Shown here: in pieces, positions 63,701-64,000 of the stretch
Layout: each line of letters opens with the position of its first letter
How positions within the stretch are numbered: position 1 is the stretch's first letter
DNA from: an uncultured Spirochaetota bacterium
Lineage (GTDB): Bacteria > Spirochaetota > Spirochaetia > SZUA-6 > Fen-1364
Reading direction: 5' to 3'
DNA length: 64,000 nt
Assembly (NCBI GenBank): GCA_963781885.1
Contig: CAWAHW010000002.1
Location: 64,001-128,000, forward strand
Made by a program: the position numbers and the translations under genes
Notes under the pieces: generated by a model
The model's database searches: none
Seen by the model: the letters and a program-made list of their open reading frames with translations, nothing else
What the model was told of the DNA's origin: nothing

Positions 63701-64000
63701 GTCGTTCCCTCCTTGTGTGCGGTATAGAGACTGCGCAGATCGTCGAAGCCCATCTGCAGCAGGTCCATGGTCTTGAAAAGGTGCGGAAGATCGCGGCTCA
63801 CGAAGCTTCTCCTCTTCAGCTCTCGGGTCGTCTCGTAGGCGTTCTGTGCAAGGAAGAACCCGATGCCGCGCTGGTTGTGGATGATCCCCTGGTCCTCCAT
63901 GAACCCGTAGGTTCGATTGACGGTATTGGGGTTCACCTGGATGCTTTCCGCCATCTCACGGATGCTCGGGATCCGCTCGCCCGGCTTCCACGTTCCGCCC
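63697..64000 (-). CDS. GntR-family regulator, YtrA subtype (5' partial)
   Basis: PGERIPSIREMA...VNPNTVNRTY...QRGIGFF; short C-terminal domain. Confidence 0.9.
   Translation of the reverse strand, partial: GGTWKPGERIPSIREMAESIQVNPNTVNRTYGFMEDQGIIHNQRGIGFFLAQNAYETTRELKRRSFVSRDLPHLFKTMDLLQMGFDDLRSLYTAHKEGTT

Overview
High-GC bacterial chromosomal segment, most likely from an anaerobe. The gene content (FapA/DUF342, a PTS-EIIA-diadenylate cyclase fusion, cNMP-GGDEF proteins, an Ehr complex) suggests a spirochaete-like organism; this is inference only. Many genes carry single-base frameshifts, some mutually compensating, which looks like long-read consensus error rather than decay. Layout: (1) 1-25.5 kb, a dense signal-transduction island. 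Its core is a mostly translationally coupled ~12-kb operon behind a NarL-type palindrome, in which a His-on cobalamin-binding protein and an MtaA/UroD-fold protein lacking the Zn ligands precede a DUF1638-like hybrid histidine kinase, an orphan solute-binding protein, a second hybrid kinase, an HD-GYP phosphodiesterase and a REC-kinase. This is the best candidate for an undescribed system (a corrinoid-based sensory phosphorelay). (2) 25.5-37 kb, polB, a hydrolase, a kinase, PTS-EIIA-DAC, a 26-bp hairpin tandem array with compensatory stem changes, clpS-clpA/aat, an aldolase and an EamA transporter. (3) 37-40 kb, a degenerate cNMP-GGDEF gene plus a cNMP-GGDEF-DHH/DHHA1 fusion. (4) 40-51.6 kb, a PocR-AraC regulator, a corrinoid protein, an MtaA-type methyltransferase, HTH-PTS-EIIA and a Ni-less hydrogenase-4-like (Ehr) membrane complex. 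(5) PadR-MFS with a clear double operator, two PLP enzymes and an aldo-keto reductase. (6) A lower-GC defence islet (type IIG-like RM, DUF4411/PIN plus HTH-ImmA/IrrE), then a small peptide and a partial GntR. No rRNA, tRNA, CRISPR array or transposase was recognised. All domain calls are from motif reading, not database searches.
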